In this document: piece after piece, positions 1 to 8,146 of the stretch | How positions within the stretch are numbered: position 1 is the first letter of the stretch | How the letters are laid out: each line of letters starts with the position of its first letter | Assembly: GCF_001997385.1 (NCBI RefSeq) | Contig: NZ_CP019633.1 | Coordinates: 2,760,001-2,792,000 of the forward strand | Direction of reading: 5' to 3' | Source: Sedimentisphaera cyanobacteriorum | GTDB taxonomy: Bacteria; Planctomycetota; Phycisphaerae; Sedimentisphaerales; Sedimentisphaeraceae | DNA length: 32,000 nt | Notes under the pieces: generated by a model | Told to the model about the DNA's origin: nothing | Database searches by the model: none | The model's input: the letters and a program-made list of their open reading frames with translations, nothing else | Translations under genes and position numbers: made by a program

Positions 1-3
1 GGG

Positions 4-309
4 GTGCTTATGAATGAAAATATAGCAGAGCAGTACAGCGTTAAGATCATCTCACGAAGCGAAGCGCTTACTACAATACAGATTAATTCTACCCGTGAGG
101 CCTACGAGGCCTATAAGGCCAAGCAGTATCAGATGATAGTGTATGTGTATCCTGAAGACCTTCCCGGTTCGGATAAAACCGAAAGCGAGCCGATAGAACG
201 AAAAGTGCACTACTTCTTCCCGGAAGAATACCGGAAGGAAGACCTTATCTCGCCTGTGGAATCGGGAGTAGAGCCGAGAGTTACATTCAAGCTTATTTCT
301 GTTGAGTAG
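4..309 (+). CDS. hypothetical protein (possibly 5'-truncated at window edge)
   Basis: Frame is open from nt 1; candidate starts GTG 4 / ATG 10; TAG stop 307-309 abuts the start of the next gene; no motif recognised. Confidence 0.35.
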   Translation: MLMNENIAEQYSVKIISRSEALTTIQINSTREAYEAYKAKQYQMIVYVYPEDLPGSDKTESEPIERKVHYFFPEEYRKEDLISPVESGVEPRVTFKLISVE

Positions 310-310
310 A

Positions 311-1483
311 ATGAATATTGTCCACGTTATAACGCGTCTGATTGTAGGTGGCGCTCAGGAAAATACTATCATAACCTGCCGTGAGCAGGTAAAACGAGGG
401 CACAATGTTACGCTGATAACAGGCCCGAGCCCAGGCCCGGAGGGCGATTTAATGGAGCAGGCCGAGAAGGAAGAATTTGACTTGATTCTTCAGCCTGATA
501 TCCTCCGCCCGATTCTCCCCCTAACCGATATGCGTGCTTATACCGGCCTGAAAGAACTGCTCAAAAGCCTCAAACCTGATATCGTGCATACTCATTCGGC
601 AAAGGCAGGCATACTTGGAAGGCTTGCGGGCTGGAATATAAAAGATGAAAGCTCCCGCCCCGCAGTTGTGCATACCATTCACGGACTTGCCTTTCACGAA
701 TACCAGAATCCGCTCTTAAGCCGGATGTATATCGAGATTGAAAAATTTGCCGCAAAAAAATGCGATGCGATTATCTCTGTTGCAGACACTATGACGCGAA
801 AATGCCTTGCCAATGGAATAGGAAGCCCCGAGCTTTTCAGCACGGCATATTCTGCTGTTGATGTTGAGGATTTTCAAAACCCTCCTTCACGCGAGCAGAG
901 CGAAGAATTCTGCGAAAAATATTCTTTAGGCAAATCCAGCACCGTTGCCGCCTGCATAGCAAGGATTACAGAGCTAAAAGGGCATAACTATATCATTGAG
1001 GCCGCTGAAAGGCTCGTCAGCGAATATCCCGATCTCATCTGGCTCTTGGTTGGAAACGGCAGCCTCACCGAAAAGATTAAGGCCGATATCGAAAGGGCAG
1101 GGCTGAGCGATAATTTCCGTTTTACAGGCCTGCTTCAGCCCTCAGAGATACCTCTTGCCATCCATTGCAGCGATTTCCTCGTTCACTGCTCCCTGCGAGA
1201 AGGGCTCGCTAGGGTTCTGCCTCAGGCAATGCTCTGCGGGAAACCTGTGGTGAGCTTTGATATCGACGGAGCAGCGGAAGTGGTGAATGAGAATACCGGA
1301 AGGCTCATTGCTCCGATGGATATTGAAGGGCTCACCCGCGCGTGCAGTGAGCTTGCAGAATCCCCGCAGCTTCGCGAACAGCTCGGCGCAGCAGGAAGAG
1401 AGCTTGCAGTTAAGCTTTTCAGTCCTGGAAAGATGCTTGAATCTATCGAAAATGCCTATCGCAGGGCCGGTGCTGCTATCTAA
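311..1483 (+). CDS. glycosyltransferase, GT4-type (GT-B fold)
   Basis: N-terminal VHVITRLIVGGAQ glycine-rich loop; C-terminal SLREGLARVLPQAMLCGKPVVSFDIDGAAEVV resembles the E-x7-E donor-binding region of GT4/GT1 enzymes; ATG 311 preferred over TTG 302. Confidence 0.85.
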   Translation: MNIVHVITRLIVGGAQENTIITCREQVKRGHNVTLITGPSPGPEGDLMEQAEKEEFDLILQPDILRPILPLTDMRAYTGLKELLKSLKPDIVHTHSAKAGILGRLAGWNIKDESSRPAVVHTIHGLAFHEYQNPLLSRMYIEIEKFAAKKCDAIISVADTMTRKCLANGIGSPELFSTAYSAVDVEDFQNPPSREQSEEFCEKYSLGKSSTVAACIARITELKGHNYIIEAAERLVSEYPDLIWLLVGNGSLTEKIKADIERAGLSDNFRFTGLLQPSEIPLAIHCSDFLVHCSLREGLARVLPQAMLCGKPVVSFDIDGAAEVVNENTGRLIAPMDIEGLTRACSELAESPQLREQLGAAGRELAVKLFSPGKMLESIENAYRRAGAAI

Positions 1484-1489
1484 AGCCCT

Positions 1490-4285
1490 CTAATATTCAC
1501 TAAGCCACCAATTCGCACCGATTGAGAAGTCTGTGATATCCACTGTCCCGTCTCGGTTGAAATCGGCCTCCGCTGGGGTTTGGCTCAGCCAGTTATAGGC
1601 AATATGTATAAGGTCGTCTCCATCTACGTAGTTATCGAGATTTATATCCACTCGTGATATCTGAACCGGATACCTGCCCGGGCTTAGATGCCAGAGCGTC
1701 CGCCAAGGCCAGTCGGCGTAATTTGAGCGGGTTTTCATCTGCTCGGTAGTTCTCGGGTAAGCAGTGATTCCGGCATTCTCAGCCAGCCCTGCAGAGGGCT
1801 CTTCAGCGCTGCCGGGAGCCATAATGGAGCTGTCCCAGTATGAAGAGCTGATCTGAGCGTTCCTCACAGCCCCTGCCAAAGGCCCCGCATAGTACGAAGC
1901 TTCAAGACCATCTGTTGCAGAGAAGCACAGCGTAAGATCTGCCCCCGAGCTCACCTCTCCAGCAATTCCGCCGGCATACAGAGAGGCGATTATCGTTTCC
2001 ATTGCAAAGCTTGAGCAGTCGCTGATTTCAGCAGAGCTGCCATCGGCCGAACCTGCAATCCCCCCTGCATATTTGGATATGTATTCTGCATCCACTGTTG
2101 AATTTTTGATTGAACAGCCTGTGATTTTTCCTTCCAGAAGGCCTGCAAATCCGCCTGCATAGTTGGCTCTTGATATCCTTACTTCCGCTTCGGATATGTG
2201 CAGATTTTTTATCTCGCCGCCCTCTGCTACCGCCCCGAAAAGGCCTGCATAGTTGGTATATGGGGCATTGATCGTGAAATTTCTAAGCACCCTGCCAGCT
2301 CCGTCGAATGTGCCCGTGAATTTTGCACCTGTAAAGCTGCTCTGCATAGGGTCGTTCGGGCTGATTACCGAATTGTCAAAAAACTCACCGCCCATATCTA
2401 TATCATCAGTCAGTATGTAGCTCTTGTTGTATAGAGAGGGGTTTTCTCCGAGATAGATAAGTTCGGATTTGTCCGATATCCAGAACGGGTCTTCGGGTGT
2501 TCCGGAACCGCCGGAGAAGGCATATATCTGCGAGGACAAAACATCTGAGCAGTTGTTTGTTTCATCGCTTTCTTCAACGCTGCGTCCGCTGTCTATCATA
2601 AGCACGAAGTATATATCCCCTGAGAGTTCGGGTACCTCAAAGCTCACCTGCTCCACGCGGGATTCGCCCGCCTCCAGCTCGCCTATTTGCTGGAAACCCG
2701 CAGAAGATGCGGTTTCGCAGTTTACCGGCTCCTGGCCTGCATAGTATATCCTCATCCGGAAACTTCCGTTGGTGGAGGCTGCTCCGGAATTCAAAATGCT
2801 AACGTCTAAGGTGATAATCTGGCCTGAAGAAATATTTTCCGGCAGGCTCCCCGGGGAGGTTATTGAAAGCTCTGCGAGCTCATTCTGCGGAGCCGCTGCC
2901 TCCTGAAGCTCTGGGTATCCTCCATCTGCAGGCATCTGCCATACAGAAGCAAAATCCCAGCCTGCATCAATGAATGATGAAGAGCTCTGCATCTGGGCAG
3001 TGGTTAGCCCGGTAATATCAAAGCTTAACCCGCTGTTTCGTGCTATTGCATTATCCAGCCCGCTTGCCTCTGTGTCCCAGAAGCAGGCCGTGCCTTGGCC
3101 GTCGGAAGTTTTTCCGATGAATCCTGCTGAGCTGTCTGTTTTTCCTGAAGCCGAACCTGCTGAATAGCAGTTTGATATTTCACCTCCAGTGCAGTTTCCT
3201 ATAAAACCGCCTGAAAGAGCTATGTCCGGACTGCCGGAAGCGAGAGATTCGGCCGAGCCCAAGGCGAAACAGCTGCTTACATTGCTCCCGGACTGACCGA
3301 AGAAGCCTCCAGAATAGCTGTATGCGCTTTGCCCCTGGGCATCCGCTGAGGCAGTATAAGACGCAAAGCTTTTCTCAGCTGCGGTTTCGGTATTGCTCTG
3401 GCCAACTCCGCCGCCTGCAAATGCGCTTGCTGTCAGGCCGGAGGAGAATGAATTAACCTCGCAGTCTGTGCCGGATTTGCGTATGCTGGAATACTGGTCG
3501 CAGTAGCCTGCGAATCCGCCGGCGCAGGAGGTTGTGTTTTTCGAATCGAGGTTTACGGATGCATCCACAACGCCCGTTGAGGAGCACAGCTTAATCGCTC
3601 CGTCGATTCCGTTTATCCCTGCAATTCCTCCGGCATACACAAAGCCCGCTGGATTGTCTCTTGCGATTACCGTTGCTGAAACAGTGCATTCGTCTATGAG
3701 GCCTTCGCTTATTCCAGAGATTCCGCCTGAGGTGCTGTTGGAGAAAACTGTGCCCGAAAAGCTGCTCTCGGAGATAACCCCGAGATTTTCATTAGAGCCT
3801 GCTATCCCGCCTGAATAAGCGGTAGATGAGTCTATGCTCACTGTCCCGTTAGTCGTGCAGTTGAGAATGAAGCCTCTGTTGGCGCCTGCAAGCAGGCCGC
3901 CGTAAACCCAGCCGCCATCTGAGCAAACAACAGTTCCAGTCAGCGTTAGATTTTCCACTATTGCATCATCGCCAATCATTCCGAAAAGACCGAGCACTGA
4001 GAGATCGCTTCGGTTTATGCTGAGCCCGCTCACAGAGTAGCCTGAGCCGTTGAAATTCCCGTAAAAGGGCTGTGAGGCTGTGCCTATCGGGGTGAAATCC
4101 TCCCCTGTCAGCTCAATATCGGAAGTGAGAACGAAGTTGGAAAACCAGTCGCTGCTGGAAGAGCTGAGCTGGAGAATATCCGCTGAAGAGCTGAGCTGGT
4201 ATGGATCCCCAGCAGAGCCGTCCCCGCCTGAATAACCCATAACAAGCCCGGAGAGGGTAATCAAAATAATGATATGCCTGAGCAT
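1490..4285 (-). CDS. secreted GLUG-repeat protein with central CARDB-like domain and C-terminal dockerin-like module
   Basis: Signal peptide MLRHIIILITLSGLVMG; two blocks of repeated (Y)AGG(I/F)AG GLUG motifs; central beta-sandwich ending ESDETNNC (CARDB-like); C-terminal DINLDNYVDGDD...DFNRDGTVDITD Ca-loop pair; GGAGG RBS just upstream of ATG. Confidence 0.8.
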   Translation of the reverse strand: MLRHIIILITLSGLVMGYSGGDGSAGDPYQLSSSADILQLSSSSSDWFSNFVLTSDIELTGEDFTPIGTASQPFYGNFNGSGYSVSGLSINRSDLSVLGLFGMIGDDAIVENLTLTGTVVCSDGGWVYGGLLAGANRGFILNCTTNGTVSIDSSTAYSGGIAGSNENLGVISESSFSGTVFSNSTSGGISGISEGLIDECTVSATVIARDNPAGFVYAGGIAGINGIDGAIKLCSSTGVVDASVNLDSKNTTSCAGGFAGYCDQYSSIRKSGTDCEVNSFSSGLTASAFAGGGVGQSNTETAAEKSFASYTASADAQGQSAYSYSGGFFGQSGSNVSSCFALGSAESLASGSPDIALSGGFIGNCTGGEISNCYSAGSASGKTDSSAGFIGKTSDGQGTACFWDTEASGLDNAIARNSGLSFDITGLTTAQMQSSSSFIDAGWDFASVWQMPADGGYPELQEAAAPQNELAELSITSPGSLPENISSGQIITLDVSILNSGAASTNGSFRMRIYYAGQEPVNCETASSAGFQQIGELEAGESRVEQVSFEVPELSGDIYFVLMIDSGRSVEESDETNNCSDVLSSQIYAFSGGSGTPEDPFWISDKSELIYLGENPSLYNKSYILTDDIDMGGEFFDNSVISPNDPMQSSFTGAKFTGTFDGAGRVLRNFTINAPYTNYAGLFGAVAEGGEIKNLHISEAEVRISRANYAGGFAGLLEGKITGCSIKNSTVDAEYISKYAGGIAGSADGSSAEISDCSSFAMETIIASLYAGGIAGEVSSGADLTLCFSATDGLEASYYAGPLAGAVRNAQISSSYWDSSIMAPGSAEEPSAGLAENAGITAYPRTTEQMKTRSNYADWPWRTLWHLSPGRYPVQISRVDINLDNYVDGDDLIHIAYNWLSQTPAEADFNRDGTVDITDFSIGANWWLSEY

Positions 4286-4334
4286 AATATTACCTCCATT
4301 TTAATAAAGATATCTGAAGCCGCCGAGAACTGAA

Positions 4335-5006
4335 TCAGCTTTTGATTGCTGAATCGGCGATTTTCTCAATCGCTTCTCTGCGGTTTCTGCTGCCGAAAAC
4401 AGCCGAGCCGGCAACTAATGTATCTGCCCCGAGCTGCCCGGCTTTGCCTGCGGTCTGTTCGTTTATTCCGCCGTCAACCTCAATTCTCAAATCCTTGCCC
4501 AGAGTTTCTCGGAGAAAAGCGCATTTCTCAGCGCACTTCTCGCGGAAAACCTGCCCGCCGAAACCCGGCTCTACTGTCATAACGAGAATCATCCTGCATA
4601 AGGATGCAATCTCAAGAACCTCTTCAGGGCTCGTGGCAGGTTTAATGCAAATCCCTGCACTGCAGCCGGCCTCTTCAATCATTGCAATTGTATCTCGGGG
4701 GTCTCCCTCTGCTTCAATGTGGAAAGTTATATGGTCTGCACCTGCATTTGCAAAATCCTTTATGTATCTTTGCGGCTGGGAAATCATCAGATGCGCATCA
4801 AAGCACAAATCGCTGGTTTTCCTCAATGATGAAACTACAGGCGGGCCTATCGTTATATTCGGAACAAAATGGCCGTCCATAATGTCCAGATGTATGATCT
4901 TCACCCCGCTGTTCTCAACGTCTGAAACTTCCTCTGCAAGGCAGGAGAAATCCGCACTGAGCAGGCTGGGGGCTATTTCTATTGTTCCGGGTTCAGGCAG
5001 ATGCAT
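4335..5006 (-). CDS. rpe: ribulose-phosphate 3-epimerase
   Basis: IAPSLLSADF, HLDIMDGHFVPNITIGP, MTVEPGFGGQ and VDGGIN motifs characteristic of Rpe; typical length 223 aa. Confidence 0.95.
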   Translation of the reverse strand: MHLPEPGTIEIAPSLLSADFSCLAEEVSDVENSGVKIIHLDIMDGHFVPNITIGPPVVSSLRKTSDLCFDAHLMISQPQRYIKDFANAGADHITFHIEAEGDPRDTIAMIEEAGCSAGICIKPATSPEEVLEIASLCRMILVMTVEPGFGGQVFREKCAEKCAFLRETLGKDLRIEVDGGINEQTAGKAGQLGADTLVAGSAVFGSRNRREAIEKIADSAIKS

Positions 5007-5100
5007 TAAAGCTCCAAGAGGTTATTGATGTTGTTCTCTTTTCTATGATAAACATTTAAACGATTATGACAAGCCGTATTATTGGAGGCGTTTCTGATAG

Positions 5101-5805
5101 CTATTGAAAAATTCCGCTGATCTTTTCTGCGCTTAGTTCAGCAAGCGAATCAACAACCATATCCGCCTTAGCCTCGAGCTCGCTGCGGCTGTATGTACCG
5201 GTAACGCCGACAGTTTTCGCTCCCGCTGCTGCTCCGGCCTCCAGTCCCCAGTGCGAATCTTCTATTACTGTGCACTCTGCTGGGCTTAGCACGCCTGAGG
5301 CAGTGCGTCCAAGCTTCTCAACGGCTTTTAGATAGCCTTCCGGATGGGGCTTGCCACGGTTTACATCATCCGCTGTTACTACAGCATCGAAATATTTAAA
5401 GAAGTTTTGCCCGCTTCTCTCCGCTTCAGCGGAAAATATACCCTCGATATCAGAAAAAAGTGCACCAGAACAGATTGCCATCTTAATCCCGGCTCTCGAA
5501 AGCGAACTTGTAAGCCTGCTGAAGCCGTCAAGTATGCAGCTTTCTGTGCTTGCAAGCTCATCAAAAACTGCCGCCTTCTCATCAATAAGCCAGCCCAGCT
5601 TCTCTTCGGTGAGCTCGAAGCCGTAATCTCGGCTCATCGCCTCAAGAGCCTCTTTGTCCGTGAAGCCAAGGTATTTATCCCAATATGTGTCTTTCTCTAT
5701 TTTACCCGCTTCCTTCTCGAGGACTCGGCAGAAAGCCATATAGTGAAGCAGCTCTGTATCTGCTATCACCCCGTCAAAATCGAATATTACTGCTTTAAAT
5801 TTCAT
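5101..5805 (-). CDS. HAD-superfamily phosphatase (beta-phosphoglucomutase/phosphoglycolate phosphatase-like, subfamily IA)
   Basis: Motif I AVIFDFDGVIADTE, motif II ICSGA, motif III/IV GKPHPEGY ... VIEDSHWG; AGGGA RBS; immediately upstream of rpe on the same strand. Confidence 0.85.
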   Translation of the reverse strand: MKFKAVIFDFDGVIADTELLHYMAFCRVLEKEAGKIEKDTYWDKYLGFTDKEALEAMSRDYGFELTEEKLGWLIDEKAAVFDELASTESCILDGFSRLTSSLSRAGIKMAICSGALFSDIEGIFSAEAERSGQNFFKYFDAVVTADDVNRGKPHPEGYLKAVEKLGRTASGVLSPAECTVIEDSHWGLEAGAAAGAKTVGVTGTYSRSELEAKADMVVDSLAELSAEKISGIFQ

Positions 5806-5839
5806 AATGAATCCCTTATTGCTGATAAATTCATAATGT

Positions 5840-5867
5840 ATGATATTTTACTTTACCACTTTTGCAA
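5840..5867 (-). promoter_or_regulatory. candidate sigma70-like promoter for the HAD-rpe transcription unit
   Basis: On the minus strand, TTGCAA (5867-5862), a 16-nt spacer, then TATCAT (5845-5840), about 35 nt upstream of the HAD ATG; consensus for this lineage unknown. Confidence 0.25.
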
Positions 5868-6097
5868 CTACAATGCAAAAATCCACCCCAGACTTTGAGA
5901 ATTTGGCGAAAGGAAAAGATAGGTTAAGCCAAGAAGTTATTGCATTGGGAAACTGTGAACAAGCTCGTGCTCACTCTGATTGGCGTTATAGTTATGCAGT
6001 GATATTCATGATAAATCTGATTCAATGCTTTGTCTTAGTGGGAATCTTGCAAAGCTGCTAAGATTTTCCCCAAATAATTCGCAGGTTAGCGATCTAA

Positions 6098-7402
6098 TCA
6101 GATATTGTATTCCGGCTGTGCTGTTTCGGTGTTGAGTTTATTCACCTTAAACGTTACCAAACTTGTGTCGTCCTGCTGCTGTGATAGTCCGGTAAATCTG
6201 CGGCGGTAATTCAGCACAGTTTTAGTTATTGTTTCAGCATCCATTTTGTGGGTACATCTCTTTGCAGTTTGATAGAGGTTGTTTTTGCCCCAGAAATGGC
6301 CGTCGAAATTCACCGCATCCACAAGCCCGTCTGTGTAGAACATATAGATATCGTTTTCCTTGAGGTCTATTGTTCCGCTTTCAAACTGGGACTTAATATC
6401 AAGCCCGAGAACCGGCCCGCCCTTATCCAGCTCGATAATCTCGCTGTTTCTCAGAAGCAGTCCGGGTTCGTGGCCGCAGTTGGTGTAGTGCAGAAGCCCC
6501 TTCCTGAATTCGAACACCCCGATAAATGTCGTTATGAATTCGCCCTTATTGCAGTGTTTGCAGGCGAAATTGTTCAAAACGTCTGCAAAATTGAATATGC
6601 TGTATCGCCGGCAGCCTCTGCCGCATTCGATAAGCGCTTTGAATCCCCCGTGAAACATAGACATAATCATGGCAGCGGGAATCCCCTTGCCGATTACGTC
6701 TGCCATGAGGAAAACGAGCGTCTTATCGTCGATTAGGGTGAAGTCGTAGAAATCCCCGCCCACGCTGTAGCACGGCCGGTATGATGCAGCGATATCGAGC
6801 CCTTCTATAGCGGGGAGTGTTTTGGGCATCATCCTTCGCTGGATAATCCCTGCAAGGTCCATTTGCCCCTGCATCTGATTCATTTTTATAGCTGTTCCGT
6901 ACAGGCGGGCATTGGTTATCGCCACGGCGCACTGCGAGCCCACCAGCCTTGCTATGGAGATATCGTTCTCGCCGAAGAAGTGTTTCCTTGAGGCGTAAAG
7001 CCTCAGCACCCCTACCGGCCTCTGGCGGAATTCCATAGATACAGTAAGCTGGCTCACAAGACCTTCCTTCTGGCTGGCAATGGGATACTGAACCCTTTTG
7101 TCGTTCTGCATATCGTTTATCACAACCGCTTTTCCCCTGAAGGTCTCTTTGATTACCGGGTCGTCCTTTGTTACCACACCCTTATTCTTGTAAGCCTCGC
7201 TGAGCCCATAGGTGCTTCGCATTTCAAGGTCCATCGTTTCAGAAGAGAGAAGCCTCATAGAGCAGGCCTTTGCACCGGAGATCTCAACCGCTGCCTTGGC
7301 GAGCTTATCCAGCACCTCCTGCAAACTGAATGCGCCCGCTGCAAGGGTGGTGATATTGTATATCTCTTCGTGTATTTCTTTTTTCTTCAGCTTCTTTGCC
7401 AT
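6098..7402 (-). CDS. GAF domain-containing PP2C/SpoIIE-family serine phosphatase (RsbU-like)
   Basis: N-terminal GAF-like region (ACSMRLL...VGVLRLYA...AVAITNARLY), then SpoIIE/PP2C motifs GGDFYDF, ADVIGKGIPAAMIMS, YTDGLVDA, DDTSLV. Confidence 0.85.
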   Translation of the reverse strand: MAKKLKKKEIHEEIYNITTLAAGAFSLQEVLDKLAKAAVEISGAKACSMRLLSSETMDLEMRSTYGLSEAYKNKGVVTKDDPVIKETFRGKAVVINDMQNDKRVQYPIASQKEGLVSQLTVSMEFRQRPVGVLRLYASRKHFFGENDISIARLVGSQCAVAITNARLYGTAIKMNQMQGQMDLAGIIQRRMMPKTLPAIEGLDIAASYRPCYSVGGDFYDFTLIDDKTLVFLMADVIGKGIPAAMIMSMFHGGFKALIECGRGCRRYSIFNFADVLNNFACKHCNKGEFITTFIGVFEFRKGLLHYTNCGHEPGLLLRNSEIIELDKGGPVLGLDIKSQFESGTIDLKENDIYMFYTDGLVDAVNFDGHFWGKNNLYQTAKRCTHKMDAETITKTVLNYRRRFTGLSQQQDDTSLVTFKVNKLNTETAQPEYNI

Positions 7403-7432
7403 ATCTGTCTTTCTCTAAAGCCCCACCGGGCT

Positions 7433-8098
7433 TCAGTATTCTTCTTCCAAACTGCGGGGCAGGTGCCCAAGCGGGCATTCATCGCATAGCGGCTTTCGCT
7501 TTTTACAGTAATTTTTACCCAGCTGCACTATCAAAGCGTGATACTCGTTGTAAAGTTTGCTCTCTTCTGGAAGAGCGCCTTCGAAAAGCTCTTTAATTTG
7601 TTCATAATCTGCTGTCTGGTCTATAAACTGATGCCGGATAAATATCCTTGCTGTGTATGCATCAACAACAAAAGACGGCTTGTCAAGGCAGTAAAGGATT
7701 ATAGAATCTGCCGTTTCCCTCCCGATGCCTTTAATGCTCAAAAGCTCTTCACGCAGATCGCCAGCATAGATACTTTCGAGCGAATCTATATCTGCGCCGT
7801 GATTTTCAATAAGCCATTTCAGGAAGGCTTTCAGCCTTTTTGCCTTTACGTTGAAATACCCTGCAGGTCGGATAAGCTCGGTGAGTTTCTCCTCTGGGCA
7901 TTTGTAAAGGCTTTCGGGGCTGAGCATATTTTCAGCCTTTATATTGTTTATAGCTTTCTCAACGTTATTCCAGTTTGTGTTCTGAGTTAGAATCGCCCCA
8001 ACTGCTATCTCAAAGCGGCTGTCCCCGGGCCACCAGTTCTGTCTGCCGAATTCGCAAAGAAGGATCTCGTAAATTTCTAAAAGTCTTTCCTGAATCAT
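7433..8098 (-). CDS. endonuclease III-related HhH-GPD DNA glycosylase (COG2231-like)
   Basis: WWPGDSRFEIAVGAILTQNTNW, helix-hairpin-helix LLSIKGIGRETADSIILY, catalytic Asp context VVDAYTARI, C-terminal CKKRKPLCDEC Cys cluster. Confidence 0.8.
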   Translation of the reverse strand: MIQERLLEIYEILLCEFGRQNWWPGDSRFEIAVGAILTQNTNWNNVEKAINNIKAENMLSPESLYKCPEEKLTELIRPAGYFNVKAKRLKAFLKWLIENHGADIDSLESIYAGDLREELLSIKGIGRETADSIILYCLDKPSFVVDAYTARIFIRHQFIDQTADYEQIKELFEGALPEESKLYNEYHALIVQLGKNYCKKRKPLCDECPLGHLPRSLEEEY

Positions 8099-8146
8099 AA
8101 GATAATTATACTCTCGAAAAGTTTGGTTTCAATTCCAGTTTGCTGT

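Noticed and set aside
1484-1489. Convergent gene pairs separated by only 6 nt (1483/1490) and 9 nt (10866/10876), with no room for terminators
   Set aside because: This is real but a common consequence of genome compaction. Nothing in the sequence points to a specific regulatory role.
4342-5028. 228-aa plus-strand ORF exactly co-extensive with, and antisense to, rpe
   Set aside because: rpe on the minus strand has unmistakable family motifs. The antisense translation is low-complexity (S/P/A/R-rich) with no motif or RBS, so it is a typical shadow ORF.
5344-5898. 184-aa ORF antisense to the HAD phosphatase gene, and the 91-aa ORF at 5351-5626
   Set aside because: These are shadow ORFs opposite a well-supported HAD gene, with no RBS and no recognisable domain.
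5840-6061. 73-aa ORF in the PP2C/HAD spacer with a hydrophobic C-terminus, a possible small membrane peptide or type I toxin
   Set aside because: There is no Shine-Dalgarno sequence before either ATG (5840 or 5873). The region is AT-rich and the ORF overlaps the candidate HAD promoter on the other strand. I kept it only as part of the unexplained-spacer finding.
7403-7432. Hairpin AAGCCC-CACC-GGGCTT between the endonuclease III-like stop and the PP2C start
   Set aside because: The stem is only 6 bp with no convincing U-run in the transcribed sense. It could be a weak terminator or attenuator, but the evidence is too thin to call.
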